Notes: a model not told the origin generated them from the sequence alone. Positions 30,022 through 39,519 are shown, counted from the first letter of the stretch. The stretch: 64,000 nt of DNA from Eubacteriales bacterium (GCA_045653705.1 JAZOMG010000006.1:90074-154073); one strand, 5' to 3'. Made by a program: numbers and translations.

Positions 30022-30212
30022 AGCAGAAACACAATTATACAAAATGCAAATTTTGTATAATTAGAGGAAGCGTTTTGATAGGCTTGGCACGATTATATCC
30101 ATAATCGTGGTTCATACTAAATATTTTACCATATCATCCCATAAGTGTCAAGTCGCTTATAACTTATTTATCACACTATATAAACAAAAATAAAATAATT
30201 TTTAAAAAGCTA

Positions 30213-30241
30213 TTGATTATTTCTCCGCTTTTTGCTATAAT
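30213..30241 (+). promoter_or_regulatory. sigma-A-type promoter
   Basis: TTGATT (30213-30218), a 17-nt spacer, then TATAAT (30236-30241). Confidence 0.55.
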
Positions 30242-30273
30242 TACTGTAGTTAAAATTGGAGGTTAATATATTT

Positions 30274-30708
30274 ATGGCACTTAAAATGAGATTTCTTTAC
30301 TATTCAAGCAAGGCTAAGATCAAGGCTATGGCTGAGCTTGTAAAAACTGAATTTGAGCTTTCCCAGAATCACAACGCTATCGACATCATTCCCCCCGCGT
30401 ATCCTTGCGAAAATGAAAGATTGGTCGTTTTGGCTGTTTCCGGTAAGGGTGAGCCCGATGACGTACTTCGCCGTTTCTGCTCCGAGCTTAAGAAAAATAA
30501 AGCCCAGAACGTAGCGTTGGTTGTGGACGGTGATGAAAGGATTGCCAACCGCTTGCTTGAGGTACTTAAGGAGACAGGAACAAACGTAATTGAGGACGTA
30601 CTCTATATAAGCGCTCCCTTTAAGCTGTTCGGCGGCTCAAAGGTAACCGATGACGAAAAGAAGCAGCTTCTCGATTGGACACATAACATTGTTAATAATC
30701 TGAAATGA
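30274..30708 (+). CDS. hypothetical protein, flavodoxin-like fold with degenerate FMN phosphate loop
   Basis: The N-terminus RFLYYSSKAKIKAMAELV is arranged like the flavodoxin YYS(T/S)GNT..MAE loop, but with SKAK in place of TGNT. It has an alternating beta-alpha pattern. GGAGG RBS precedes ATG 30274. Confidence 0.35.
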   Translation: MALKMRFLYYSSKAKIKAMAELVKTEFELSQNHNAIDIIPPAYPCENERLVVLAVSGKGEPDDVLRRFCSELKKNKAQNVALVVDGDERIANRLLEVLKETGTNVIEDVLYISAPFKLFGGSKVTDDEKKQLLDWTHNIVNNLK

Positions 30709-30713
30709 TTTTT

Positions 30714-30750
30714 AAGGCGGTATGAGCTACAAACTTGTACCGCCTTTTTA
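30714..30750 (+). terminator. intrinsic terminator
   Basis: AAGGCGGTA-loop-TACCGCCTT followed by TTTA. Confidence 0.6.
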
Positions 30751-30763
30751 TTGGTAATTTTTA

Positions 30764-30792
30764 TTGATTTTTTATTAGTTTTGTGATATAAT
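30764..30792 (+). promoter_or_regulatory. sigma-A-type promoter (extended -10) for the GT-C gene pair
   Basis: TTGATT (30764-30769), a 17-nt spacer ending in TGa, then TATAAT (30787-30792). Confidence 0.55.
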
Positions 30793-30828
30793 AATGGTAG
30801 TTTTAAAAAATAACATTTAGAGGACGTA

Positions 30829-32349
30829 ATGAAAAAAAATATCATAAAATCAATATATTTCTGCGGTTGGAGCGCTGTGGCAATTTTTTCCATTTTGTCA
30901 ATATACGGGCTGTTTTCAATATGCTCTGTTCCTGTACATCCCAATAACACAACCGAACAGTACCTACTGTTCCCTACGGTTGCATCGTTAAAATACATTT
31001 TTGCGGGAATTACAGCTGTATTGATCGCCGCTTGCATACTCGTTCATAATAAGCTTGCAAAGCAAGGGCTGCTTACTAAACCGCTCGGTCGTTTTATCAA
31101 GGAAAAGCTGACGCCTGAAAATCTGTTTATAATCCTATCCTTGGTTATAACTTCCCTGTCGTTAATTTTTACAGTGGCTCATAAGGAAATAATATGGGAT
31201 TATTTTCTGCCGAGAATAGAATCTCCCCAATACGATTCTTTTATGGATTTCTTTAACCATATTTCCTACGTAAGAGACCCTGCCACAGTATATTATGATA
31301 TGACCCACGCTTGCTTTCCACCTCTTGCCTATATCTTTTATTATGCCCTTTCTATACTTTTACCAACCGATGCTACATCGGTACATTTAGCGTGGAACAC
31401 TCAATATTACGCTCAAATAGTGTATATAGTATACGTGGTAATTTGTGTTATTGCTCTTGTGTTTCTTATGAAGGCAGTTCTAAAGCATTTAAAAACAGGC
31501 AAATTTATCTCGATAGCCGTATGTATTTTAATATCCAACGTATTTGTCTTCGAGGTGCTTGAAAGGGGAAATTCCGTCCTTATAGTAGCCATTCTCTTGC
31601 TTGCGGCGCTTATTTTAAAAGACAGTAAAAGCGCATTTTGCCGAGAGCTGGCTTTGATATGTATAGCAGTTGCCACTGGCTTCAAGATATACCCCGCAAT
31701 ATTTGGTATACTCTACTTGATGGAAAAACGCTTTTGGGAAGCTCTCCGCTTGACAATATACGGTATAGTGCTTTTCTTTGCGCCCTTTGTATTCTTCGGT
31801 GGAGTTGGCGGAATGCTTCAGTTCATTTCAAACCAGATGGCAGTACAGTCATTGCCTTACGACTCTCTTTACAGTGTGGTTTCGTCCGTGAGATATTTTT
31901 CCAATAAATACACAGGCGATCCCCTGTCCTACGATAAGCTTGCGGTTGCATTACAGATTATATTCGTAATTGTAAATTTTGTTGCTATACTCAACAACCG
32001 CTTAAAGCCCTGGGAAAAGGTTATGATTCTCTGCTCTATCATCGCCTTTGCTCCCTCGTGGAGCGGCGGATATACCTCGATCTTTTTCGTTATTCCTTTA
32101 GTTATGCTATTAGCTGAAAACAGGCTTAAGTACGGCACACTATCTTTTGTAGATAAGACTTATACTTTAGCATCTGTTAGCTGCTTTGCCTTACTTTTCG
32201 CTCTTGATATGTTTGTTTTCCCCAGCGGATTTGCGCTAAAAACCGTCAGCTGTCTGCCTATGTACGCAATAGATGCTTTTATAGTAATAAGAGCGGCTTG
32301 TTATTATATAAGCTCTATCCGAAGAAAACTTCAAAAACAGGCGATATAG
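30829..32349 (+). CDS. polytopic GT-C glycosyltransferase, DUF2029/GT87-like
   Basis: 506 aa with about 11+ TM segments. CFPPLAYIFYY and GFKIYPAIFGILYL blocks resemble the GT87 (PimE-like) YPP and K-x-YP motifs. Confidence 0.55.
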   Translation: MKKNIIKSIYFCGWSAVAIFSILSIYGLFSICSVPVHPNNTTEQYLLFPTVASLKYIFAGITAVLIAACILVHNKLAKQGLLTKPLGRFIKEKLTPENLFIILSLVITSLSLIFTVAHKEIIWDYFLPRIESPQYDSFMDFFNHISYVRDPATVYYDMTHACFPPLAYIFYYALSILLPTDATSVHLAWNTQYYAQIVYIVYVVICVIALVFLMKAVLKHLKTGKFISIAVCILISNVFVFEVLERGNSVLIVAILLLAALILKDSKSAFCRELALICIAVATGFKIYPAIFGILYLMEKRFWEALRLTIYGIVLFFAPFVFFGGVGGMLQFISNQMAVQSLPYDSLYSVVSSVRYFSNKYTGDPLSYDKLAVALQIIFVIVNFVAILNNRLKPWEKVMILCSIIAFAPSWSGGYTSIFFVIPLVMLLAENRLKYGTLSFVDKTYTLASVSCFALLFALDMFVFPSGFALKTVSCLPMYAIDAFIVIRAACYYISSIRRKLQKQAI

Positions 32350-32350
32350 T

Positions 32351-33841
32351 ATGAGTTTTAAATTGCAAAAAAACAACAGCTTCTATATCATCCTATCCTG
32401 CATTACTATAACAAGCTTTATATTTGTCGTATCCTTGTCCAACGTTAAGTCGTTGTGGTATGATGATATTTATCAAATATACTTTTCATGGAACCGATCT
32501 TTCTTGGAAACACTGGGGATAGTATTAGAGGTTGACCTGAATCCGCCATTATGGGCAGTGCTGTCCCACCTATGGTTAAGGATAGCCCCCTTTGGCACGG
32601 GATGGTTAAAGCTACCCTCTATACTGTTTGTTTCAATGGCGATATTTGTGGTAGGTCTTATAGGTAAGGAGCTGTTCGGAAAAAAGGTAGGGATCATAAG
32701 CGCTTTATTGTTCGCGCTTTCCCCAATTATGACCTTAGACTGCGCATATTCGTTTCGTGCTTACGGCTTATATTTATTTGCGTCTGCGCTAATCGTATAT
32801 GCTTATATTAGAAAAATAAAAAATCCCTCTGTACCAAATCGAATATTTTTTGGAGCTGCTGTATTTTTAATAGCCTTTACCCATTATTTCGGCGCGCTGA
32901 TTTGTGTGTTTTTGGGAATAGCCGACCTTATACTTGTATTTTTAAAAAAGCAAAAACCAAGCTTTTTTATTGAATACGTGTCCGTTGCTTTTGTTGAGCT
33001 GTTTTGGTTCATACCTCAGCTTACCACGATAAACTCAGCACTTTCATCCTTTTGGCCATCCCGCCCCACGCTCCGCTCGTTTATTAACGCAGTTAAATAT
33101 TTAATGTTTGACTCTTCCCTTTTAACGCTTGCATTCTTTGCTTCTGTCATCTTTTTTGCCGTTGCTTTAGTAAAAGAAGTTAAGAAAACAGGCGTAAAGC
33201 ATTTAACAGAAACAACTGTTTTTTGTAAGCTGACCTTTTTGCTTATTCCGCTTTTTTATATTCTACTCATTTTCATATATTCCAATATCAAGCCCGAGTC
33301 ATCCGTTTGGGTAAACAGATACTTTTTCTCCCTTTATCCTATGCTTATACTATTTTTTGCGTCGAATCTGTTTGATACTTATGAACGGTTGGCTAATAGG
33401 TCGGCGAATACTAAAAAATCCGTTACTGTCGTTTCAATTCTGCTTATACTGACGTTACTAATACCTAACTACGTAGTTGAGGTAGTAAGAAAGGTCAATA
33501 CTGAATACGAGCCATTTGAAGAGGTAGCTGAAATTATTGTTTCCCGTCCCGAGGTATCAAACGGAGAGGATGTCTTGGTTATTAACACTACCAATTGCGG
33601 AAAGGGTTGGGATTATTATCTTACAAAAAATAACAGCCGTGATATTTCAAATATAAAGACTATGGATCTTTTGAGCTATTCACACAGAGAAATAGTCTCG
33701 TACGATACCGTTTTTCTTTATGCAGTTCATTTTGACGGAAGCTTTTCTCTCGATAAGATTCGCGAGGAAATATCGCAAACGCACATCGAAACAATAATCG
33801 ATATTGAAAAAAATATCTTTAAGTACGAAAAGAAAAAATAA
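32351..33841 (+). CDS. polytopic GT-C glycosyltransferase, ArnT/PMT (GT39/GT83)-like
   Basis: 496 aa with about 10 TM segments followed by a ~150-aa soluble C-terminal domain. The acidic first-loop motif SLWYDDIYQ is like the DE/DD motif of ArnT/PMT-type enzymes. The start is 1 nt after the previous stop. Confidence 0.5.
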   Translation: MSFKLQKNNSFYIILSCITITSFIFVVSLSNVKSLWYDDIYQIYFSWNRSFLETLGIVLEVDLNPPLWAVLSHLWLRIAPFGTGWLKLPSILFVSMAIFVVGLIGKELFGKKVGIISALLFALSPIMTLDCAYSFRAYGLYLFASALIVYAYIRKIKNPSVPNRIFFGAAVFLIAFTHYFGALICVFLGIADLILVFLKKQKPSFFIEYVSVAFVELFWFIPQLTTINSALSSFWPSRPTLRSFINAVKYLMFDSSLLTLAFFASVIFFAVALVKEVKKTGVKHLTETTVFCKLTFLLIPLFYILLIFIYSNIKPESSVWVNRYFFSLYPMLILFFASNLFDTYERLANRSANTKKSVTVVSILLILTLLIPNYVVEVVRKVNTEYEPFEEVAEIIVSRPEVSNGEDVLVINTTNCGKGWDYYLTKNNSRDISNIKTMDLLSYSHREIVSYDTVFLYAVHFDGSFSLDKIREEISQTHIETIIDIEKNIFKYEKKK

Positions 33842-33877
33842 AAGCAAGGGATACTCAGCGTTTTCCTTGCTTTTTAT
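33842..33877 (+). terminator. intrinsic terminator
   Basis: AAAGCAAGG-loop-CCTTGCTTT followed by TTAT. Confidence 0.65.
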
Positions 33878-33908
33878 AATTATTTCGGAAAAATAATTAT
33901 AAAAACGA

Positions 33909-33937
33909 TTGTAATATTAAGAGAAATATGATATAAT
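33909..33937 (+). promoter_or_regulatory. sigma-A-type promoter (extended -10)
   Basis: TTGTAA (33909-33914), a 17-nt spacer ending in TGa, then TATAAT (33932-33937). Confidence 0.55.
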
Positions 33938-33974
33938 AAAGGTTGAAATTTGATTTTGAAGCAAGAGGTGTAAT

Positions 33975-35195
33975 ATGAAATATTTAATTCTTATTCCCGA
34001 TGGAATGGCAGACGAGCCTATATGTGAACTAGGTCATATAACCCCTATGGAAAAGGCTGAAAAGCCTACTATGGATATGCTTGCCGCAAGGTCTCTTGTG
34101 GGTACTGTTTCAAACGTACCTAATGGTATGGTGCCCGAAAGCGATACGGCAAATATGGCTATTCTCTCCTTTGACCCAAAGATTTATTCAAAGGGTCGTT
34201 CTCCTCTTGAAGCTGTAAGTATGGGCATTGATATGAAGCCCGATGAAACAGCATACCGCTGTAATGTTGTTACGCTTACAGAGGACGAGGAAAACTATGA
34301 GGACAGAATAATTCTTGACCATAGCGCCGATGAGATAACCACTGAGGAAGCGGATAAGCTTATAAAGACCCTTGAAGAGAAGCTTGGCAATGAATTGAGA
34401 AAATTCCACACAGGCGTAAGCTACCGCCACTGCCTTATTTGGAAAAACGGCAACGATAAATATAACTTTATGCGCCCTCACGATATTCTCGGAAAGCGCA
34501 TAGGAGAGTATCTGCCTAAGGAAGAGGACGGCGGTGCTGAATTCCTGGAGCTTATGAAAAAAAGCTACGATATTCTCAAAGACCACCCCATCAATATTGC
34601 CCGTAAGGAAAGAGGCTTGAAGCCTGCAAACTCCGCATGGCTCTGGAGTCCCGGTAAAAAGCCACAGCTTCCATCCTTTAAAGAAAAATGGGGACTTAAC
34701 GCCGCTGTTATTTCGGCGGTTGACCTTATCAAAGGTATCGGACTTTGCGCTGAGATGGAATCTATTGACGTTGAGGGCGCAACAGGAAACGTACATACAA
34801 ATTATGACGGAAAGGCAAACGCCGCTATTGACGCGTTTAAGAGAGGCGTTGAGCTTGTATATGTTCACGTTGAGGGGCCCGATGAATGCGGTCATAGAGC
34901 TGAGACCGATAATAAGATAAAATCGGTTGAGTTGATTGATAAAAAGATACTTTTACCTGTATACAACTACCTTAAGGAGTGCGGAGAGCCCTTTAAAATA
35001 ATGGTGCTTCCTGATCATCCTACACCTATACGTATCAGAACGCACTCAATGGATCCTGTTCCCTTTATGATTTATTCATCAGAGGCGGAACAAGAAAGCG
35101 GTATTTGTACCTTTAATGAAAGAACAGCTCACGCTGCTAATCTGTATATTCCTGAGGGACACACCCTTATGGATAGATTTATTGAAAATAAATGA
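33975..35195 (+). CDS. cofactor-independent phosphoglycerate mutase family protein, archaeal ApgM-type (possible non-canonical homoserine kinase)
   Basis: MKYLILIPDGMADEP N-terminus and HVEGPDECGH metal-site motif of the alkaline-phosphatase superfamily ApgM clade. About 400 aa. Confidence 0.75.
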   Translation: MKYLILIPDGMADEPICELGHITPMEKAEKPTMDMLAARSLVGTVSNVPNGMVPESDTANMAILSFDPKIYSKGRSPLEAVSMGIDMKPDETAYRCNVVTLTEDEENYEDRIILDHSADEITTEEADKLIKTLEEKLGNELRKFHTGVSYRHCLIWKNGNDKYNFMRPHDILGKRIGEYLPKEEDGGAEFLELMKKSYDILKDHPINIARKERGLKPANSAWLWSPGKKPQLPSFKEKWGLNAAVISAVDLIKGIGLCAEMESIDVEGATGNVHTNYDGKANAAIDAFKRGVELVYVHVEGPDECGHRAETDNKIKSVELIDKKILLPVYNYLKECGEPFKIMVLPDHPTPIRIRTHSMDPVPFMIYSSEAEQESGICTFNERTAHAANLYIPEGHTLMDRFIENK

Positions 35196-35222
35196 GATAA
35201 GTTATTCTCGGAAAGGATAGAG

Positions 35223-35879
35223 ATGTCCGAATTAAATAATAACGAGGAAAAAATCAATTTAGAACACGAGCCGGAAAAATGGGAAGAAAATAAAAAGGCT
35301 TTACATGAATACAAAAAAGCTCCCAAAAACAATTTCACAAAAGACTTAGTAGACTACGTGGAAATTTTTGCGTTTGCGCTGTGCTCGGTTATCTTGATAT
35401 TCTCCTTTTGCTTCCGTCTTTGTACAGTTAAAGGACCGTCTATGAACAACACGCTAATAGACGGAGAAGACGTTATAATTTCCGATATGTTTTACACACC
35501 AAAACGCGGAGATATAGTTGTATTTCACGATACAAATACGCTCAACGAGCCTGTTGTAAAAAGAGTAATTGCCACAGGCGGAGAGAAAGTCAAAATAAGC
35601 TATTCTCTCGATAAAATGAACGTTGAAATAACTGATGTAAACGGAAATACAGAGGCCTTGACTGAAGACAGTATTCTGTATAATTTCAGCAATCTACCGC
35701 CAAGCTACAGAAATAACGAATATACAGTTCCCGAGGGAATGCTATTTGTTATGGGAGATAACCGTTGCTATTCCATGGACAGTAGAAACCCTGCCATAGG
35801 CTTTGTTGACGAAAGAGCTGTACTTGGAAAGGTGATCTTTAGATTAACTCCTTTTTCAAAAATCGGAACGGTAAAATAA
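35223..35879 (+). CDS. lepB: signal peptidase I
   Basis: GPSMNNTL (catalytic Ser), VKRVIATGGEKV (catalytic Lys) and GDNRCYSMDSR boxes. An N-terminal TM segment is present. Confidence 0.9.
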   Translation: MSELNNNEEKINLEHEPEKWEENKKALHEYKKAPKNNFTKDLVDYVEIFAFALCSVILIFSFCFRLCTVKGPSMNNTLIDGEDVIISDMFYTPKRGDIVVFHDTNTLNEPVVKRVIATGGEKVKISYSLDKMNVEITDVNGNTEALTEDSILYNFSNLPPSYRNNEYTVPEGMLFVMGDNRCYSMDSRNPAIGFVDERAVLGKVIFRLTPFSKIGTVK

Positions 35880-35902
35880 ACAAGTTTTAAAGTGAGATAT
35901 TT

Positions 35903-36766
35903 ATGCCATCACAAATAATACAGTGGTTTCCCGGACATATGGCGAAAACACGCCGTATGATAACCGAGAATTTAAAAAACGTAGATGCCGTAATAGAGCT
36001 TCTTGACGCACGTATTCCTTATAGCTCACGCAATCCCGAAATAGCCCGTCTGTGCGATGGAAAGCCTACTATAGTTCTTCTAAACAAATCCTCCTTGGCA
36101 GACCCTAAGGTCACACGAAAGTGGGCTGATAAACTGACTAATGAAAACACAGTATGTATAGAAACCGATTGCGTTAACGGAAAGGGACTTTCTCAAATTG
36201 CTCCGGCTATCAAAAAGCTCTGTGCTGACAAGGTTGAACGCTATGAGCAAAAAGGCATGAGCGGTCGGGCAATTAAGGCGATGGTGGTAGGAATCCCCAA
36301 CGTAGGTAAATCCTCACTGATTAATAAGCTTTGCGGAAACAAAAAAGCAAAGGTTGAAAACCGCCCCGGTGTTACCTTGGATAAGCAGTGGGTTACAACC
36401 GATATAGGCATTCTCCTGCTTGATATGCCCGGAGTTCTTTGGCCAAAATTCGATGACCCCAAGGTGGGCGAAAATCTCGCGATCACAGGGGCTATCAAGG
36501 ACGATATCTTAGATATTGAAGCCATTGCTACCGCTCTGTGCGGAAGATTGAGAACTATGTACCCTGCCCTGCTTTGTGAAAGATATAAGCTGGGCACACT
36601 TCCGGATACGGATGATGCGGACGATTACGATCTGCTTAATCTTATTGGAAAAAAACGCGGCTTCCTAATATCGGGTGGTGAGGTGAATACAGAACGTACA
36701 GCCAATATGCTTATTGATGAATTCAGAGCCGCCAAGATAGGCGCGATATCCTTGGATGAAATATAA
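35903..36766 (+). CDS. rbgA: ribosome biogenesis GTPase A (YlqF/RbgA)
   Basis: WFPGHMAKTRR, circularly permuted GTPase motifs LNKSSL ... GIPNVGKSSLIN ... DMPGV. Confidence 0.9.
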   Translation: MPSQIIQWFPGHMAKTRRMITENLKNVDAVIELLDARIPYSSRNPEIARLCDGKPTIVLLNKSSLADPKVTRKWADKLTNENTVCIETDCVNGKGLSQIAPAIKKLCADKVERYEQKGMSGRAIKAMVVGIPNVGKSSLINKLCGNKKAKVENRPGVTLDKQWVTTDIGILLLDMPGVLWPKFDDPKVGENLAITGAIKDDILDIEAIATALCGRLRTMYPALLCERYKLGTLPDTDDADDYDLLNLIGKKRGFLISGGEVNTERTANMLIDEFRAAKIGAISLDEI

Positions 36767-36775
36767 TGAGGAATT

Positions 36776-37387
36776 ATGACGGAATTAAATTACGAGCTGG
36801 AAAACCAAATAAAAGGACAGGGCTTTATTAACGTATGCGGTGTTGACGAGGCTGGCAGAGGACCTCTTTGCGGTCCCGTTGTAGCGGCGGCGGTGATTTT
36901 GCCCGATGGGCTTTACATAGACGGACTTAACGATTCCAAAAAGCTTACCGAAAAAAAGCGCGAAAAGCTATATGATGAGATTTGTCAATCTGCCATTGCC
37001 TACGCTATAGCAGAAAGCTCTGTTGAGGAAATCAACGAAATGAACATTTTAGAGGCTTCCCTGTTGGCAATGAGGCGAGCTATTTCGGCGCTGTCGGTTA
37101 AAGCCGATTTCGCTCTTATCGATGGAAACGTATCGAGAGATTTTCAAATTCCCGCTAAAGCCGTAATACACGGAGATGCAATTTCCCCGTCCATAGCCGC
37201 CGCTTCTATTTTAGCAAAGGTAACCCGTGACCGTATGTGCTATGAGCTTGACAGGCAATATCCTCAATACGGTATTGCAAAGCATAAGGGTTACGGAACA
37301 AAAGCTCATATGGATGCCCTTCGTCAATACGGTCCAGCCCCCATTTACAGAACAAAATTCATAAGATTTTTGGATGAGAGCAAATGA
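36776..37387 (+). CDS. rnhB: ribonuclease HII
   Basis: GVDEAGRGPLCGPVVAAAV and DSKKLT motifs. Conserved lepB-rbgA-rnhB synteny. Confidence 0.9.
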   Translation: MTELNYELENQIKGQGFINVCGVDEAGRGPLCGPVVAAAVILPDGLYIDGLNDSKKLTEKKREKLYDEICQSAIAYAIAESSVEEINEMNILEASLLAMRRAISALSVKADFALIDGNVSRDFQIPAKAVIHGDAISPSIAAASILAKVTRDRMCYELDRQYPQYGIAKHKGYGTKAHMDALRQYGPAPIYRTKFIRFLDESK

Positions 37388-37779
37388 CAACGACCGATAT
37401 TGGGCGCATAGGCGAACGAATCGCAGTAAAATATCTAAAAAAGAACAGATACAAAATACTTGAAAAAAACATACACCAATCCCATAATGAAATCGATGTT
37501 ATCGCGGCGGACAAGAATTATTTGGTGTTTGTCGAGGTCAAGACAAGGTCTGTTGATGATAATGATACATACTCCCCTTACGGTACACCCGCTTCGGCTG
37601 TTACAAAAGCGAAGCAAAAAAGAACCGTTATAGCGGCAAGAAGCTATATTTTAAAAAACAGTACCGGTAAACATTCGCATAAGCAACCGCGAATGGATGT
37701 TATAGAGGTATATTTAAGTAAAACCTCACACAAGCTTATAAAACTAAATCATATCACAGACGCGTTTGGCGCTGACTGA
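37384..37779 (+). CDS. yraN: YraN-family (UPF0102) endonuclease-like protein
   Basis: GERIAVKYLKKNRYKILEKN ... EIDVIA ... FVEVKTR pattern. ATGA overlap with rnhB. Confidence 0.85.
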   Translation: MTTTDIGRIGERIAVKYLKKNRYKILEKNIHQSHNEIDVIAADKNYLVFVEVKTRSVDDNDTYSPYGTPASAVTKAKQKRTVIAARSYILKNSTGKHSHKQPRMDVIEVYLSKTSHKLIKLNHITDAFGAD

Positions 37780-37809
37780 TATGACATAACATAGGAAAGG
37801 TAAACTACA

Positions 37810-39288
37810 ATGAAGTACTATAGCACAAGAGACGCAAAACAAACAAAATTTGATTCGGCGCAGGTTATTAAGCAGGGATTGGCGTCCGACGGAGGACTTT
37901 TTGTTCCCGATACGATTCCCGCAATAACCGAGGAAGAAATCAAAGAGCTGTGCGCTAAGGGTTACCCCGAAAGAGCCGCATACGTTCTATCTAAGTTTTT
38001 GACCGATTATACCGCAGAGGAGTTGCTAAAGGATTGCGAAGCGGCATATTCAAAAGTATCGTTCCCAGACGGAGCCGCGCCTCTTAAAAAGGTTACAGAT
38101 AATATATTCTCCCTAGAGCTTTGGCACGGTCCCACAGCGGCATTCAAGGATATGGCGCTTCAGATAATGCCCCGTTTGCTCTCAAGAGCACTGGTAAAGA
38201 CAGGCGAGGACAACACAGCTCTTATTCTTGTTGCAACATCGGGAGATACGGGAAAGGCTGCTCTTGAGGGTTACAAGGATATAGACGGCATTAAAATAAT
38301 CGTATTCTACCCTGTTGACGGCGTAAGTAAGGTGCAAAAGCTCCAGATGGCAACACAGACGGGAGACAACGTAAGAGTATGCGCAATAAGAGGTAACTTT
38401 GACGATGCTCAGACAGGTGTTAAAAAGATATTCTCAGACGCGGACGCTCGTGCTAAGCTCCTTGACAACTCTTACATTCTTTCCAGCGCAAACTCTATAA
38501 ACTGGGGACGTTTAGCTCCTCAGATAGTTTACTATATCTCCGCTTACTGCGACCTGCTTAACGCAAAAGAGATAACCTACGGAGAGACGGTGAACGTATG
38601 TGTTCCCACAGGTAATTTCGGTAATATACTGGCGGCATTCATAGCAAAGAAGATGGGCTTGCCTCTCGGTAAATTTGTATGTGCGTCAAACGCAAATAAC
38701 GTACTTACAGAGTTTTTGGAAACGGGTACTTATGATAGAAACCGCGAATTTCATCTCACAATGTCTCCATCTATGGATATTCTTATTTCCAGCAATCTCG
38801 AAAGACTTATATACTTCTCTTCAGATGCTGACACGACCGCTGCGTATATGTCCGAACTTAATAGCACAGGAAAATACACCGTAACCGATGAAATAAAGAA
38901 GACTATATCCGAAAACTTCGTGGGCTTCTTCGCTGATGAAAAAGAAACCGCCGCAACTCTTAAAAAATATTATAATGAATACGGCTACCTTGCCGATACA
39001 CACACATCGGTAGCTCTTAACTGCGCTGAAAAGTATATTGAAGCAAACGGTGACACAAAGAAAATGATAGTAGCATCTACCGCAAGCCCCTATAAGTTTG
39101 CCGCAGACGTTTATAAAGCTATCAGCGAAAAGGAAGCGGCAGAGGCTACAGGCGCGCTTGACGACCTTTCTACGCTGACAAGCACAGAGATCACCCTGCC
39201 CCTCAGAGACCTTGATAAGAAAGAAATACGCTTTGATAAGGTTATTGACTCGGCAGATATGCTCGAAGAGGTTTACAAATTTATGTAA
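37810..39288 (+). CDS. thrC: threonine synthase (long form)
   Basis: 492 aa. YYSTR N-terminus, PLP-Lys context PTAAFKDMALQ, and ATSGDTGKAA. Confidence 0.9.
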   Translation: MKYYSTRDAKQTKFDSAQVIKQGLASDGGLFVPDTIPAITEEEIKELCAKGYPERAAYVLSKFLTDYTAEELLKDCEAAYSKVSFPDGAAPLKKVTDNIFSLELWHGPTAAFKDMALQIMPRLLSRALVKTGEDNTALILVATSGDTGKAALEGYKDIDGIKIIVFYPVDGVSKVQKLQMATQTGDNVRVCAIRGNFDDAQTGVKKIFSDADARAKLLDNSYILSSANSINWGRLAPQIVYYISAYCDLLNAKEITYGETVNVCVPTGNFGNILAAFIAKKMGLPLGKFVCASNANNVLTEFLETGTYDRNREFHLTMSPSMDILISSNLERLIYFSSDADTTAAYMSELNSTGKYTVTDEIKKTISENFVGFFADEKETAATLKKYYNEYGYLADTHTSVALNCAEKYIEANGDTKKMIVASTASPYKFAADVYKAISEKEAAEATGALDDLSTLTSTEITLPLRDLDKKEIRFDKVIDSADMLEEVYKFM

Positions 39289-39295
39289 CTATAAC

Positions 39296-39328
39296 AAAGG
39301 GTTGCCGCACAGCCTGCGGCAACCCTTT
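39296..39328. terminator. bidirectional terminator between thrC and the DUF1540 gene
   Basis: AAAGGGTTGCCGCA-cagcc-TGCGGCAACCCTTT, a perfect 14-bp stem. Confidence 0.8.
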
Positions 39329-39333
39329 GGACG

Positions 39334-39519
39334 TTACTTTCTCTCTTTAAAGGTAGCGCATATAGTTTCGGTACTGCTTGTAGCGTTACAAGGACCTACC
39401 GATATCTGACCTGCTGTACAGTAGGTTTCGCAATCATGGTACATGCAATTCTTAACGTCACACTTAATACCCTTGATATGCTCCTTGGAACAGCTGCGCT
39501 TTTCTTTATCACAATTCAT
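39334..39519 (-). CDS. DUF1540-like cysteine-rich small protein
   Basis: 61 aa. IKCDVKNCMYHDCETYCTAGQISVGPCNATSSTETICATF matches the C-x-x-x-C ... C-x-A ... T-x-C-x-TF pattern of DUF1540. GGAGGA RBS. Confidence 0.65.
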   Translation of the reverse strand: MNCDKEKRSCSKEHIKGIKCDVKNCMYHDCETYCTAGQISVGPCNATSSTETICATFKERK

